The position numbers and the translations under genes are program-made. Below are positions 11,788 through 23,100 of a stretch of 45,846 nt of DNA, piece after piece. Position 1 is the first letter of the stretch; every line of letters starts with the position of its first letter. Source of the DNA: Thraustochytrium aureum (taxonomy: Eukaryota); the NCBI GenBank assembly GCA_012862495.1, contig BLSG01000121.1, positions 67,434 to 113,279 of the forward strand, given 5' to 3'. The notes below the pieces were generated by a model, which searched no databases, was not told where the DNA came from, and was given only the letters and a program-made list of their open reading frames with translations.

Positions 11788-12515
11788 ATGATTGGGCTGG
11801 CGAAGAAACGCGAGGAGGCGGCCAAGGCTGCGGCGGCCGCGAAGGAGGAGGCGGCCAAGGAGGAGACCCAGGAGGATGCGGTGACGGCGGACGCGGCCAA
11901 GGAGGAGGCCGGGGAAGCCACGGCGAGCGCTGGACGCGGACGGGGCAGGGGCAGGGGCGGCGTGTCGATCTTTGGCGTGAACGGCGCAGGCGGGGCGAAG
12001 AAAAAGGCGGACGGAGGCTTCGGCCTGGCGAGATCAGGGTGCAGAAGGACGTGTCGGAGCTGGACGGAGGCGACTGCGCCACGCCCGTGTTCCCCAACCC
12101 GAACGACCTCATGAACTTTGAAGTGATCGTGAGCCCCGACGATGGGTACTGGAAAGGGTACCAGTACACGTTCAAGTTTGTCGTGCCCGATATGTACCCG
12201 CACGAGCCGCCGAAAGTGACCTGCCAGGAGAAGATCTACCACCCCAATATTGACCTCGAAGGCAACGTGTGCCTCAACATTCTGCGCGCGGACTGGAAGC
12301 CAGTGCTGGACATCAACGCCGTTATTTACGGCCTCATCGTGCTTTTCGTGCAGCCCAACCCCGATGACCCGCTCAACCACGCCGCGGCAGAGTGCCTGCG
12401 GAACAACAAGTCCAAGTTTGCCCAGAATGTTGCTCGTAGCCTTCGCGGATACGCCGTCGACGGCGAGCAGTTCCCCCCGGCCACTGAGGCGCAGCCGAAG
12501 AAAGCTCGTTCGTGA
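11788..12515 (+). CDS. UBC12: NEDD8-conjugating enzyme E2 (Ubc12/UBE2M); frameshift at A5 12001-12005
   Basis: UBC core YPHEPPKVTCQEKIYHPNIDLEGNVCLNILRADWKPVL...PNPDDPLNHAAA is Ubc12-type. N-terminus MIGLAKKREE (ATG 11788) resembles the Ubc12 docking peptide. Adding one A gives AKKKGGRRLRPGEIRVQKD. Confidence 0.9.
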
Positions 12516-13997
12516 TCGGGGCGCGCTCGTAGGCGCCGCTCGCGTCTGGTCTCTGGTCGGGGGCGCTTCGCTTCGCTCGGGCCATCAAAAGCGAAGGCCG
12601 GCCATCGGCAAGGGAGATGAATGTTAGCGACGACCGAGCACACTAGGCGTGCGGCATCAGGGCCTGCTGCCAGGCGTGCAGACGCTCGTGCGAACCCGCC
12701 GCCGCACGAGAATGAACCAGTACCAGGGAAAGTTTCACATTACAAAGTAACTCTACCAAACCCTCTNNNNNNNNNNNNNNNNNNNNNNNNNNNNNNNNNN
12801 NNNNNNNNNNNNNNNNNNNNNNNNNNNNNNNNNNNNNNNNNNNNNNNNNNNNNNNNNNNNNNNNNNNNNNNNNNNNNNNNNNNNNNNNNNNNNNNNNNNN
12901 NNNNNNNNNNNNNNNNNNNNNNNNNNNNNNNNNNNNNNNNNNNNNNNNNNNNNNNNNNNNNNNNNNNNNNNNNNNNNNNNNNNNNNNNNNNNNNNNNNNN
13001 NNNNNNNNNNNNNNNNNNNNNNNNNNNNNNNNNNNNNNNNNNNNNNNNNNNNNNNNNNNNNNNNNNNNNNNNNNNNNNNNNNNNNNNNNNNNNNNNNNNN
13101 NNNNNNNNNNNNNNNNNNNNNNNNNNNNNNNNNNNNNNNNNNNNNNNNNNNNNNNNNNNNNNNNNNNNNNNNNNNNNNNNNNNNNNNNNNNNNNNNNNNN
13201 NNNNNNNNNNNNNNNNNNNNNNNNNNNNNNNNNNNNNNNNNNNNNNNNNNNNNNNNNNNNNNNNNNNNNNNNNNNNNNNNNNNNNNNNNNNNNNNNNNNN
13301 NNNNNNNNNNNNNNNNNNNNNNNNNNNNNNNNNNNNNNNNNNNNNNNNNNNNNNNNNNNNNNNNNNNNNNNNNNNNNNNNNNNNNNNNNNNNNNNNNNNN
13401 NNNNNNNNNNNNNNNNNNNNNNNNNNNNNNNNNNNNNNNNNNNNNNNNNNNNNNNNNNNNNNNNNNNNNNNNNNNNNNNNNNNNNNNNNNNNNNNNNNNN
13501 NNNNNNNNNNNNNNNNNNNNNNNNNNNNNNNNNNNNNNNNNNNNNNNNNNNNNNNNNNNNNNNNNNNNNNNNNNNNNNNNNNNNNNNNNNNNNNNNNNNN
13601 NNNNNNNNNNNNNNNNNNNNNNNNNNNNNNNNNNNNNNNNNNNNNNNNNNNNNNNNNNNNNNNNNNNNNNNNNNNNNNNNNNNNNNNNNNNNNNNNNNNN
13701 NNNNNNNNCGCCGACTTGGACTGGCTCGCCCATCGCGGCCTATCCACCCGCGTGCGCAAGTAAGTAGTAAGCACAGCGCGCACCGCCGCGCGGCCAACGC
13801 AGGATCGGCCTGCAGGTGTTGGCGCTGTGCGCCTTGCTGCTCTGGGGCCACGGCCGATCACTCGATGCGCGCTGCTGCTGCTGCTGCTACTCGCAGGGGC
13901 GGAGAAAGGCAGGCCGACTCGGCAGGAAGGACCCCGCGCTTGGCGAAGAGAGCAGGGTTGGAGTACTCGCGCGGTGGTGGTGTTTGTAGACCTGCTG

Positions 13998-14111
13998 CGG
14001 ACGAACACGAACATGTGATTCGGAGAACAGAACGAGCGAAAGAACGAACAGAACGAACAGAACGAACATGAATGAAGCGAGCGAACGAACATGAATGAAC
14101 ATGAATGAATG
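13998..14111. repeat. (GAAC)/(GAAT)-based low-complexity tract
   Basis: gaacgaaca x3 and atgaatgaa x3. Similar (TGAA)n tracts occur at 34305-34323 and 34744-34763. Confidence 0.85.
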
Positions 14112-14633
14112 CTTGTCGCTGATGAGGTCCGAATTCGTCTGCAAGCCCCCGTGATGGGAACCTGGGTGCCGACACGAGCAGGCTCGAGCGCCTGGCACTT
14201 GGAGGCATCCGCTGTTGGTCATCTCAAGATCGGTTGAAACGTTTTCTGATTCTGCAGCGTGCCGGATGTCGGAAGGAAAGCCGCAGAGAATGATCTTCTG
14301 TCAGATGCATGATCATTGGTTTGCGCGCGGCTCTTATTCGCAGAACGACCAACACTCCAAACCGCGAGCTGGCGTGGCCAAAGCCCAGGAGCTCTGTAAC
14401 GACTCACGTTGGGACTACGGTAGTTCCCAACGGAAATCCTCGCAAACCAAGAGCAAAGACGAAGGGCCGCACCTCGCCCACTCCACGAAGCACGGGGTCC
14501 GCCACGATGGCCAAGTGTCTCTGCCAGTGACGCGCTTCAATGGGCACCGGAAAGCTCACATCATGAGCGGGGCTGGGGTTGAGAGAAAAAGATGCGTTTC
14601 GAGTGCGCTGTTCGCAAGTACTCTCTCTACCTT

Positions 14634-15855
14634 TCAGAGGTTGTCCAGCGTCTTGCCCAATGCGTAGATGAGGTCATCGACGTCCTCGAGGCCCACCGAG
14701 AGGCGAACCAGGCCGTCGGTGATCCCGACAGCCTCTCGCTCCTCCTTGGCCACATTGGCGTGCGTGAAGACAGAGCAGGCCGTTGCAATCGATTCAACGC
14801 TGCCAAGGTTCTCGCACAGACTCCAAGGTCGCTGGATGGTGTTCATGAGTTTGCGGCCAGCGTCAATGCCGCCCTTGACCTCGAACCACAGCATTGACCC
14901 GTGCACGCCGTCGCGGTGCTGCCGCTCGGCAAGCTCGCGCTGCGGAAACGACGCAAGCCCCGGATACCGCACGGTGGCCACCTTGGGGTGCTGCTCCAGA
15001 AAGGTTGCCACCTTGTGCGCCGAGGCGCTCTGGGCCTTGACACGAAGCTGCATCGTCTTGAGCGTCTGCAAAAGCAAGAAGGCCGTTTGCGGGGCCATGA
15101 TGTTGCCGTGCATGTTTTGCATAAAGCGCACTCGCTCGTCCAGCTCTTTGGTGCGGCTGATCACGGCGCCACCAACAGTCATGTTGTGGCCGTCGTAGAA
15201 CTTTGTCATGGACTGCACGACGAGGTCGCACCCGTGGTCGATGGGGCGGCACATCACCGGCGTCGCAAACGTGGCGTCGCACACGTGCAAAACGCTTCGC
15301 TCTTTGCAGATAGCACTCACCGCACCGAGGTCCGTCAGCGTCACGAGTGGGTTGGAGGGCGACTCGGAGAAGACCATCTTGGTGTTGTCCTTGATTGCCG
15401 CGCGGACGTTTTCGGGCTCGCGAAAGTCCACGTACGAAAACTCAATCCCAAAGTCGGCCAGCATTTTCCGCGTTACGCGGTTCGTCCCCGCCGTAGCTGA
15501 CGTGCGTCAGCACGCAGTGGTCCCCTTGTTTCAGAAAGCCGGTCATCACCGATACGGTCGCGGCCATGCCCGTGGAAAAGCAGGCAGCGCCAAAGCCGCC
15601 CTCGAGCATAGCCACCTTGTCCTCAAGCGCCCGCACCGTCGGGTTCCCCGACCGCGAATACGAAAACCCTTTGCTCAGGTACTCCTCCACGCTGGGCTGC
15701 ACAAACGTGGTGGACTGGTAGATCGGCGTCAAGATCGCGCCGGTGCTCTCGTCCGGGCCCACCGTCCCATGCACCACATCCGTGGCAAACCCGTACTCGC
15801 GTTCATCCCACGTCCCGGCACCCCCATGCGCGTCCACCTTCCTCCTGAACGCCAT
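14634..15855 (-). CDS. Cys/Met-metabolism PLP enzyme (cystathionine gamma-lyase/synthase family); frameshift at 15486-15489
   Basis: TPIYQSTTF, YSRSGNPTV, FSTGMAA, ESPSNP, DATFATP, PLP-lysine motif QSMTKFYDGH, NLGSVESI and LVRLSVGLED. Removing one G from the G4 run restores YGGTNRV. ATG at 15855. Confidence 0.9.
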
Positions 15856-16831
15856 CGCCGCGACACGCAGCCGCGCAGCGCCTTCCTCCCTTCCTCCCTT
15901 CCTCCCTGCCTGCCGTCGCCCGCGATCCTGCTCGCCGCGGTATGCCTGACGCCCGACGCACCTGCCTCCACGACCCGCCGCGCGTTGCCCGACTGCCAAT
16001 CGAACCTGGGCTCCTGCCTGCGCTCTGTGCCTGCCTGCCTGCCTGCCTGCCTGCCTGCTGCTGCTGCGATTCCAGCCTTGGCTGGCTCCACAGCCCCCAG
16101 TGTTGCTGGCACCCGAAGCAGGCGAGCAGGNNNNNNNNNNNNNNNNNNNNNNNNNNNNNNNNNNNNNNNNNNNNNNNNNNNNNNNNNNNNNNNNNNNNNN
16201 NNNNNNNNNNNNNNNNNNNNNNNNNNNNNNNNNNNNNNNNNNNNNNNNNNNNNNNNNNNNNNNNNNNNNNNNNNNNNNNNNNNNNNNNNNNNNNNNNNNN
16301 NNNNNNNNNNNNNNNNNNNNNNNNNNNNNNNNNNNNNNNNNNNNNNNNNNNNNNNNNNNNNNNNNNNNNNNNNNNNNNNNNNNNNNNNNNNNNNNNNNNG
16401 CCTGGGAGCGGTCTCGCGTGGTGGCTTGTTTGCGAGCGACGCGCAGATCCGTTGGGCGGAGCTGGGATGTGTGGTCGCGCAGCTGGCGGTCGTGTCTTGA
16501 CGCGGATGGGCATGCTGCGGTGAGGCCGTTTGAGAAGGCTGGCTGCGGGCTGGCGCAAGATGCAGTGGGTGGCCGACCCGCGGCTCGCGCGGAGCGCTCT
16601 TGGTCCAGCCAAGGAATGCTTCGGAATCTTGTGCCCCGAGGTCTACCTGCCTTTGCTGCAGCTCGTCGACACATTTCATTCGGACCAACGCTTGGGATGC
16701 CTTCGAAAATGGTCCATGCGCGAAACGCCCACGACGACGCCCACGACGCCGCCGCCGCGCGTCTCGGCAATGCGCAGACGGAGAACGCAAGAAAGCCTGC
16801 GCCCTGGTGACGGAACCCTTCGAGGCTGATC

Positions 16832-17800
16832 ATGAACAGCAGCTCTGCCCGAAGCACCGCACAGGCTCTCAACAACGCTGGCAAGGCCACTACACACTTG
16901 AGCCATTACGGCTTGCCTGTTTTCGGCTTCAAGTCTGCGGCCAGCACGGAGAATGCCTGGGGGGCGACGTCGGCTGGCGCTGCCAGTGCGACGAGCGGTG
17001 GCTCCTTAGCGGGCTGGAGCGGTCGCTGCCGAATGGGGCTGAGCTGTGCGTGCGGAATGCAAACTACCTGTCGGCCTTCTGGCTCGTGAGCTGCTCCGTC
17101 AGCGTTGCCCTTTTCGCTCTTCTCGCATGCAGGATTGTCGGGCAGCCGGCGACGCACAGCGCTCCCGCTGTTCCTCCGGGTCACCCCGATGGCTTGCTTG
17201 CAGGTGCTCACGTTCGCCGTTGTCATCCTCAAACTCGCGCAGCCGCGGCGGCGGTACGGAATCGACCTGGTCTTGTCTGCGCTGGTCCTTGGGGCATTTG
17301 CATCTCACGCCACCGCGAGCCTCTGCATGACCGAGTTTGCTTTCTTGGCAGTTTCCCAACTCATGCTGTGGGTTGCTGATTTTCAGCATGTACCCTCGCC
17401 CCGTGCAGGCTTGCCATTTTCCCTGCAGTGCAGGCTGCAACGTGGACCTTGTGGGCTCACACCATGCTTGGATAAAAAAGCACGCATCATCTCCACGATG
17501 TAGGGCCTGGAATTCCTGCCAGGCAGCGTTTTTCTGTCTGTCACCTGACTGAGCCGCGACATTGGGCGCACAGCATCAGCATCAGCCAGATTGTGGTGCG
17601 CGAACAGGCAGCGATGTGCGCACCGAATCGTGCTGATGGTAGGTACCGGTACTCCCCAAACTTAATTTCTTCACCTGGGACGTCAAGCAGGCTCAGGTTC
17701 GCCATACTACTAATACTCGCGGCAGAGGTCCAGCCCCGGATAAAGAAAGGTCCTGGCGCGGCGGGCCCTGTCGTCGCGTCGGGAACTCTCGCGAATCGGA
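16832..17800 (+). pseudogene. Decayed paralog of the EGF-like/7TM gene at 17919-19085
   Basis: Colinear blocks in different frames: GLPVFGF / VCGQHGEC...CQCDERW...SGLE...CVRN / LKLAQPRRRYGIDLVL / RLRFAILL...PRIKKG. Frameshifts near 16932 and 17141, in-frame TAG 17501 and TGA 17546, and TM7 is missing. Confidence 0.6.
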
Positions 17801-17918
17801 CCGTCGCCCCATATTCCAACGGCTCTCGGCCTCACTACTTCTGCCAGCGGACAGGTCGGTGCCGCCCGCGGAGCGGCAATGCCCACAAGCCGCTCGGCCA
17901 AGCGCGCAGGCCAGAAGG

Positions 17919-19085
17919 ATGGCAGTGGAGCATGACGGCGGGCCCCTTGCCAATCCGTGCGGCGAACCGCTGTTCGGGCTCAAAGTCTGCGGGTTTCGCG
18001 GCGAGTGCCAAATTGTAGATGGCCAGGGTCCAGACGCCACGTTCGCCTGCGTTTGCGAGCCTGGCTGGACCTACGCAGGCCTCGAGAATGGAATAAGTGG
18101 AGCGTCGCCGCAGTGCTTGCGGAATGAAGGCGCGCTGCGCGCAGTGTGGGGCCTCTGCCTGGTGGCGAGCATTGTTTACCTCTCGCTCATTTCAAAGCGC
18201 TTGGCATCGCTTCCTCGACGTGTCCAGCGGCAACGCAGGCCGCGCGTTATCCCCTTTTTCCTAGCGCACGCCACGATTGTTTTTGCTGCGATGCTCAAGC
18301 TTACAGATCCCGCGAGGCAGATTGGGGCGGACCCAATCCTCACGAGCCTCATCGCGACCCACGAGGCAACGTTCATCATTGGCTGTGCTCACATAATGCG
18401 TCGCTTTGCTGCTGTTTTTGAGGAACGCATGGTCCAGATGCGAGAGAGGCACGCTACGTCATGCGCATCCGACGCCAGGGCTCAAGCCCAGGTTCGTAGT
18501 TTCAAATCGCGCAGGGTGAGACGCAGCAGGCGTTTGCGCCGCGTTGTGATCCTGGTCTTGCTCATCTCCAACGTTCCGCTCATCTCCATTCTCTTCGGCG
18601 CATCTGCATTCGTATGCCTTCGGCGCTTTGCTGCGATGATGAATTGCTTCCTCCTTTGGTTGCTCTGGGAGACCTGGTGGACCCTAACGCCGGTCATCAA
18701 TGGACTTCAGGTATTGCTGGTCGAAGTTCCGGCCACTGCGTTTCCTCTTAAATCGGCTGTAATCGAGCGCCGTCTCGAGAATGTCAAGCGTCTCCGCTTC
18801 ACTTGCTGTTCAGCGTGCGCAGTCGAGCTGGCATTATCCTCGGTGGCCCTCCTGCACCAGGCGGTGATATTGGTCAGCATGTACGTCCTCCCTGGACTTG
18901 TGCTCGCAACGACGATTGCGCAGTTCGTCACTTGGCCTCGCCATAAGGCAAAAGGTCGTGCGACTAGGCCAACTACGGCTTCGCATTTTGGGCCCTCCGC
19001 TACAGCGCTGCCCGTTTTGGCTCCTTCGGAAGCGCAGAGGAGCTGGAGCCTGGACGACAGAACTGTGTCAGACATCGAAAGGTGA
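17919..19085 (+). CDS. Orphan membrane protein: N-terminal EGF-like Cys module + about 7 TM helices
   Basis: ATG 17919, intact 388-aa ORF. C-x9-CGFRGEC...CVCEPGW...C pattern, then seven hydrophobic segments with basic loops after TM1, TM3 and TM5. Confidence 0.7.
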   Translation: MAVEHDGGPLANPCGEPLFGLKVCGFRGECQIVDGQGPDATFACVCEPGWTYAGLENGISGASPQCLRNEGALRAVWGLCLVASIVYLSLISKRLASLPRRVQRQRRPRVIPFFLAHATIVFAAMLKLTDPARQIGADPILTSLIATHEATFIIGCAHIMRRFAAVFEERMVQMRERHATSCASDARAQAQVRSFKSRRVRRSRRLRRVVILVLLISNVPLISILFGASAFVCLRRFAAMMNCFLLWLLWETWWTLTPVINGLQVLLVEVPATAFPLKSAVIERRLENVKRLRFTCCSACAVELALSSVALLHQAVILVSMYVLPGLVLATTIAQFVTWPRHKAKGRATRPTTASHFGPSATALPVLAPSEAQRSWSLDDRTVSDIER

Positions 19086-19160
19086 GAGAAGCAAACCGCC
19101 AAGTCGCCCAGGTTGGGGAAGCGTGTATGCAACGTAATCTATTGATGGGCCGAAGGGGCC

Positions 19161-19222
19161 AAGGTCTCCGAGCCTATTCGCCAACTGTTTTAAGGTCTCC
19201 GGGCCTATTCGCCAACTGTTTT
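19161..19222. repeat. 31-bp tandem duplication (2 copies, 1 mismatch)
   Basis: aaggtctccg(a/g)gcctattcgccaactgtttt at 19161-19191 and 19192-19222, between two convergent 3' ends. Confidence 0.95.
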
Positions 19223-19334
19223 GGGCTGCCACCTAGGTATCTACGTTGTCTCTGCTCGCGCTCTCTTGCGCTACCAGCTAGAGAGAGCCAGAAGAGCTGC
19301 TGAGCTGCTAAGCGCCCCCCGGTCCTCGCCTGCG

Positions 19335-19559
19335 CTACTGGCCAGCGTCGGGGCACCCGGGCCCTGCGCCGTCGGCGGGCGCCTCCTCGCGCTCCACTTT
19401 AACAATATGCTTGCCAGGCACCATGACCAGGCCGAGCTCCCTATCACGAACAATCACGTTCATGGAGTTGTCGACGCACTCGAAGGCGCCGTCCATGACG
19501 CGCCCATCGGACAGCGTCACGCGCAACCGCGCCCCCATCATCGCTTGCAGCAGCTCCAT
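19335..19559 (-). CDS. NAA38: Sm-like protein, NatC auxiliary subunit type (NAA38/LSMD1/Mak31)
   Basis: 74 aa from ATG 19559. Sm1 motif LRVTLSDGRVMDGAFECVDNSMNVIV and Sm2 motif LGLVMVPGKHIVKVE; the C-x-D and MVPG-x-HI pattern fits LSMD1. Confidence 0.75.
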   Translation of the reverse strand: MELLQAMMGARLRVTLSDGRVMDGAFECVDNSMNVIVRDRELGLVMVPGKHIVKVEREEAPADGAGPGCPDAGQ

Positions 19560-20104
19560 CCTCGCGCCCTGATCCGTGACTGCTGCTGCTGCTGCTGCTG
19601 CGCCACACACGCAACAGTCCAAAAACAAGCAAGAACCGAGCAAAGCTGCGAGATCGGAGCAGAGGACAGGCCGCCCGAGCAGCGCCGTGCCGCTGCAGTC
19701 CCCGGTCGCGCAACGCGCAGGCAGAGGGCCAAGCAAGCAGTCGCGCCGCTCGCCCGCCAGTTTGCTTGCTGGCTCGCGCGCAGCGGCCGCGGCGCAGCGC
19801 GTGGCTGAGGCGTCGTTGCATCCCAAAAAGCTGCNNNNNNNNNNNNNNNNNNNNNNNNNNNNNNNNNNNNNNNNNNNNNNNNNNNNNNNNNNNNNNNNNN
19901 NNNNNNNNNNNNNNNNNNNNNNNNNNNNNNNNNNNNNNNNNNNNNNNNNNNNNNNNNNNNNNNNNNNNNNNNNNNNNNNNNNNNNNNNNNNNNNNNNNAA
20001 AGCTGCAACGGTTTGTTTTGCTGGTTGACCACGGGCGGCGCGCGGAGGTTGCGACTGCCCTCGCGTTGGTGGTGCTGCTGCGGTAGGCCTGGCTCGGCGA
20101 CAGC

Positions 20105-23100
20105 ATGTTTGCCGTGGGGACCCTGGTGTGGGTGCCGGATGACCGCGACTCGTTCTTGCCCTGCACGGTCACCGAGGCGTTCAAGGCTGGACAAGAAGGC
20201 CTGGCGAAGGTAGTCGATGTCGGGGCGGTGCTGGAGGATGAGCGCGACGGGGAGGAAGTCGTGATTAGCGCGCGCGGCTCCAGAGACGTACTGGAGATGG
20301 ACGACCAGAGCCTCAAGCCCCTCGAGAACATGGTCCTGCTCAAGCAGCTCAACGAGGCGTCAGTCTTGCACAACCTCCGACTGCGCTTCGCTCGAGACGA
20401 GATTTACACCAATGTTGGAACCATCCTTGTGGCGATAAACCCGTTCAAACTCCTTCCGCTCTACACGCCGAAAGTGCTGGACGAGTACCGCAGCAAGGGC
20501 GCGCGAGGCTGCCCGCCCCACGTGTTCGGGACCGCCGACAACGCTTTCCGGGCGCTCGTGTCTGGGGGCCAAAACCAGAGCTGCGTGATCTCGGGAGAAT
20601 CTGGCGCTGGCAAGACCGAGACCACCAAGCTGTTCCTCCAATACCTGACGGAGGTCAGCGGTGGCCGCGACAGCGGGAGCAGTGGCAGCAGAGCCTTGGC
20701 CGCCGCGGGTCGGCCGACAGACGGTCATCGAGCTGACGGGGGAGCCGCCGACCCGGCCTCTGCTGGCGTCCAAGAGGAGATTCTCCAAGCAAACCCGCTC
20801 ATGGAGGCGTTCGGCAACGCCAAGACGGTGCGCAACGACAACTCGTCGCGCTTCGGCAAATGGATTGAAATCGGGTTCGACCGCCACACGGCATCCATCC
20901 AGGGCGGCCGGATCACGAGCTACCTCTTGGAGAAGTCGCGTCTCGTTCACCAGAGCGAGGGGGAGCGCAACTACCACGTATTCTACCAGCTCTGCGCAGG
21001 CGCGCGCGCAGACCCCGCCATGGCGCGCTGGCTCGAACTCGGTGAGGCCGACGAGTACCACTACCTCAACCAGAGCGGCAAAATCGCCATCGAAGGAGTC
21101 AACGAGCAGGCCAACTGGGACGCGTTGCGGCGCGCCATGCGCGTGATGCAATTGACACCTGAAGACATGGAGCACTGCTTTGAGCTTCTGGCCGGTATTC
21201 TGCACCTGGGCAACGTCGCTTTGAAGAGGTGGACGAGAGTGGTGGGGCTCGAGCCCGCGTGACAAACCCCGCTGTACTGGCCCTTGCCGCGCGGCAGCTA
21301 GGGGTTGCCGAAGGCAGCCTTCAGCGCGTTCTCACGACGCGCAGCATGGGCGTGCGCTCTGTCATCCTCAAGCCATACTCCCGGGACGAGGCCGTTGGCG
21401 CGCGCGACGCGCTGGCAAAGGCGGCCTATGGCCAGCTCTTCAGCTGGCTCATCGAAAAGATCAACGAGTGTCTTCAAAGCTCTGCGCGCCGGCGAGGAGC
21501 AGCTCGCGCGGACGAATTGGGCGCGGGCGACAGCCAGGAAGCCATGCTCTCGATTGGCGTGCTCGACATCTTTGGGTTTGAGAGCTTCCAGAACAACTCG
21601 TTCGAGCAGCTCTGCATCAACTACTGCAACGAGAAGCTGCAGCTCCACTTCAACCAGCACATTTTCGAGCTCGAGCAGAGCGAGTATAGGAGCGAGGGCG
21701 TCGATGTGAGTACGATTGCGTTTTCTAACAACCAGCCCTGCGTCGACCTGCTCGAGGGCCGCGGGTCTGGCGTCTTCGCTATGATTGACGAGGAGATCAA
21801 TGTACCGAAGGGATCAGACATTTCTTTCCTCAACAAGGTGCTGCAAAAGACTGGAGAGATCCTTCGGCGACCCTCGGTCAAGGTGGCTGGCTCGGACCGC
21901 AGCTTCGTCGTGTCCCACTATGCTGGCCCTGTAGCCTACAACGTCACCGGTTTCCTCGAGAAGAACAAGGACGCGCTGCACAACGATTTGCTGAGCTGCA
22001 TGCTGGCGTCGCAGCAGCCACTGGTCGTCGAGCTCTTCACAACGCTCGGCGTTGACACCGAAACCACCTCGCTGGGAACGCGCGGTTCGCGCTCGTCGTC
22101 TCGCTCAAAGCACCAAACACTTGGACTAAAGTTCAAGGAGCAGCTGCAGTCGCTCATGGAGACGCTCCATTCCACCGAGCCGCACTTTATTCGCTGCGTC
22201 AAGCCCAATGCGGAGAAGTGCGGCGACCTCTTCACAAGCCCCATGGTCCTCTCGCAGCTTCGCTACGCAGGCCTGCTGGAGGTTTGCAAAATCCGCCAAA
22301 TTGGCTTCCCGGTTCGCCAGCCGTTCGACGCGTTCATGCGACGCTACGCGTGCGTTGCTGCGCTTGGGACGGGCCGCCGCGCCCCGGTCGCCGTGCCGTC
22401 GCTCTGCGACAAACTCGAGCACATGCGCATCCTCGAGCGCGACAAGTGGTGCCTCGGCAAGACCAAGGTTTTTATGCGCAACGACCAGCACGCCTCGCTT
22501 GAGATGGCGCGCGAGGACGCGCTGCGAGAGAGCGCGACCGCTATCCAGGCATTCGTGCGCATGTTTGCTGCTCGGTGCAACTTTCTTGACGTGCGGGCGG
22601 CCCTTGGCGCGCTCACCGTTGCCTTTGATTCAGAGTCCATCGAATGGGCGCTTGGCCGGTGTGCCGATCTTGGAATCCCGAATGGCGGCAAGCACCTCAG
22701 CGTGATCAAGGAGGGCAGGAAACGCATGGAGAGGCTCGAAGAGGAGAAGCGCGTCGTTCAGCTGCTTCACGAGGCCGTCGGTTCCCTCGACGAGGCCGGG
22801 CTTAAGGCCGCTCTCGAGGCTGCAAGGTCGATCTCTCTCGTCAACGTTGCGGTCAAAGAGGCGCACGACGCCCTTGCCAAGGTGCAGTATGCAAGGGACC
22901 TACGTGGCGACTTGGACCAAGCGATGGCGAGCCAGGACAAGGAGCGCCTTGGCCGCCTGCTACTCCACGCTACCGCAGAGCTCGGACTGACGCCGGAAAG
23001 CGACGATCGCGTGCGCCGCGCAAAAGCCCTCCTTGACCGCTTGAACGGGGAGGAGGCGCTCCTCGCGGAGCTGCGGCAAGTGCTGCAGACCTGCACCGAT

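Noticed and set aside
11995..12030. Programmed -1 frameshift in UBC12 at G_AAA_AAG
   Set aside because: Not a canonical X_XXY_YYZ heptamer, and one of many homopolymer indels in both directions; sequencing error is simpler.
13709..13766. WLAHRGLS as a GDPD (AHRG) motif followed by a GTAAGT donor
   Set aside because: No ENT motif or GDPD-like exon follows, and there is no room before the convergent gene ending at 14634.
14119..14250. CTGATGAG...GAAAC as a hammerhead ribozyme, or a C/D-box snoRNA
   Set aside because: No stem II closes between CUGAUGA and a nearby GAAA (GAAAC is about 110 nt away), and I found no terminal stem or recognisable guide.
19161..19222. 31-bp repeat as a CRISPR array
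   Set aside because: Two directly adjacent copies with no spacer, no cas genes, and a eukaryotic context.
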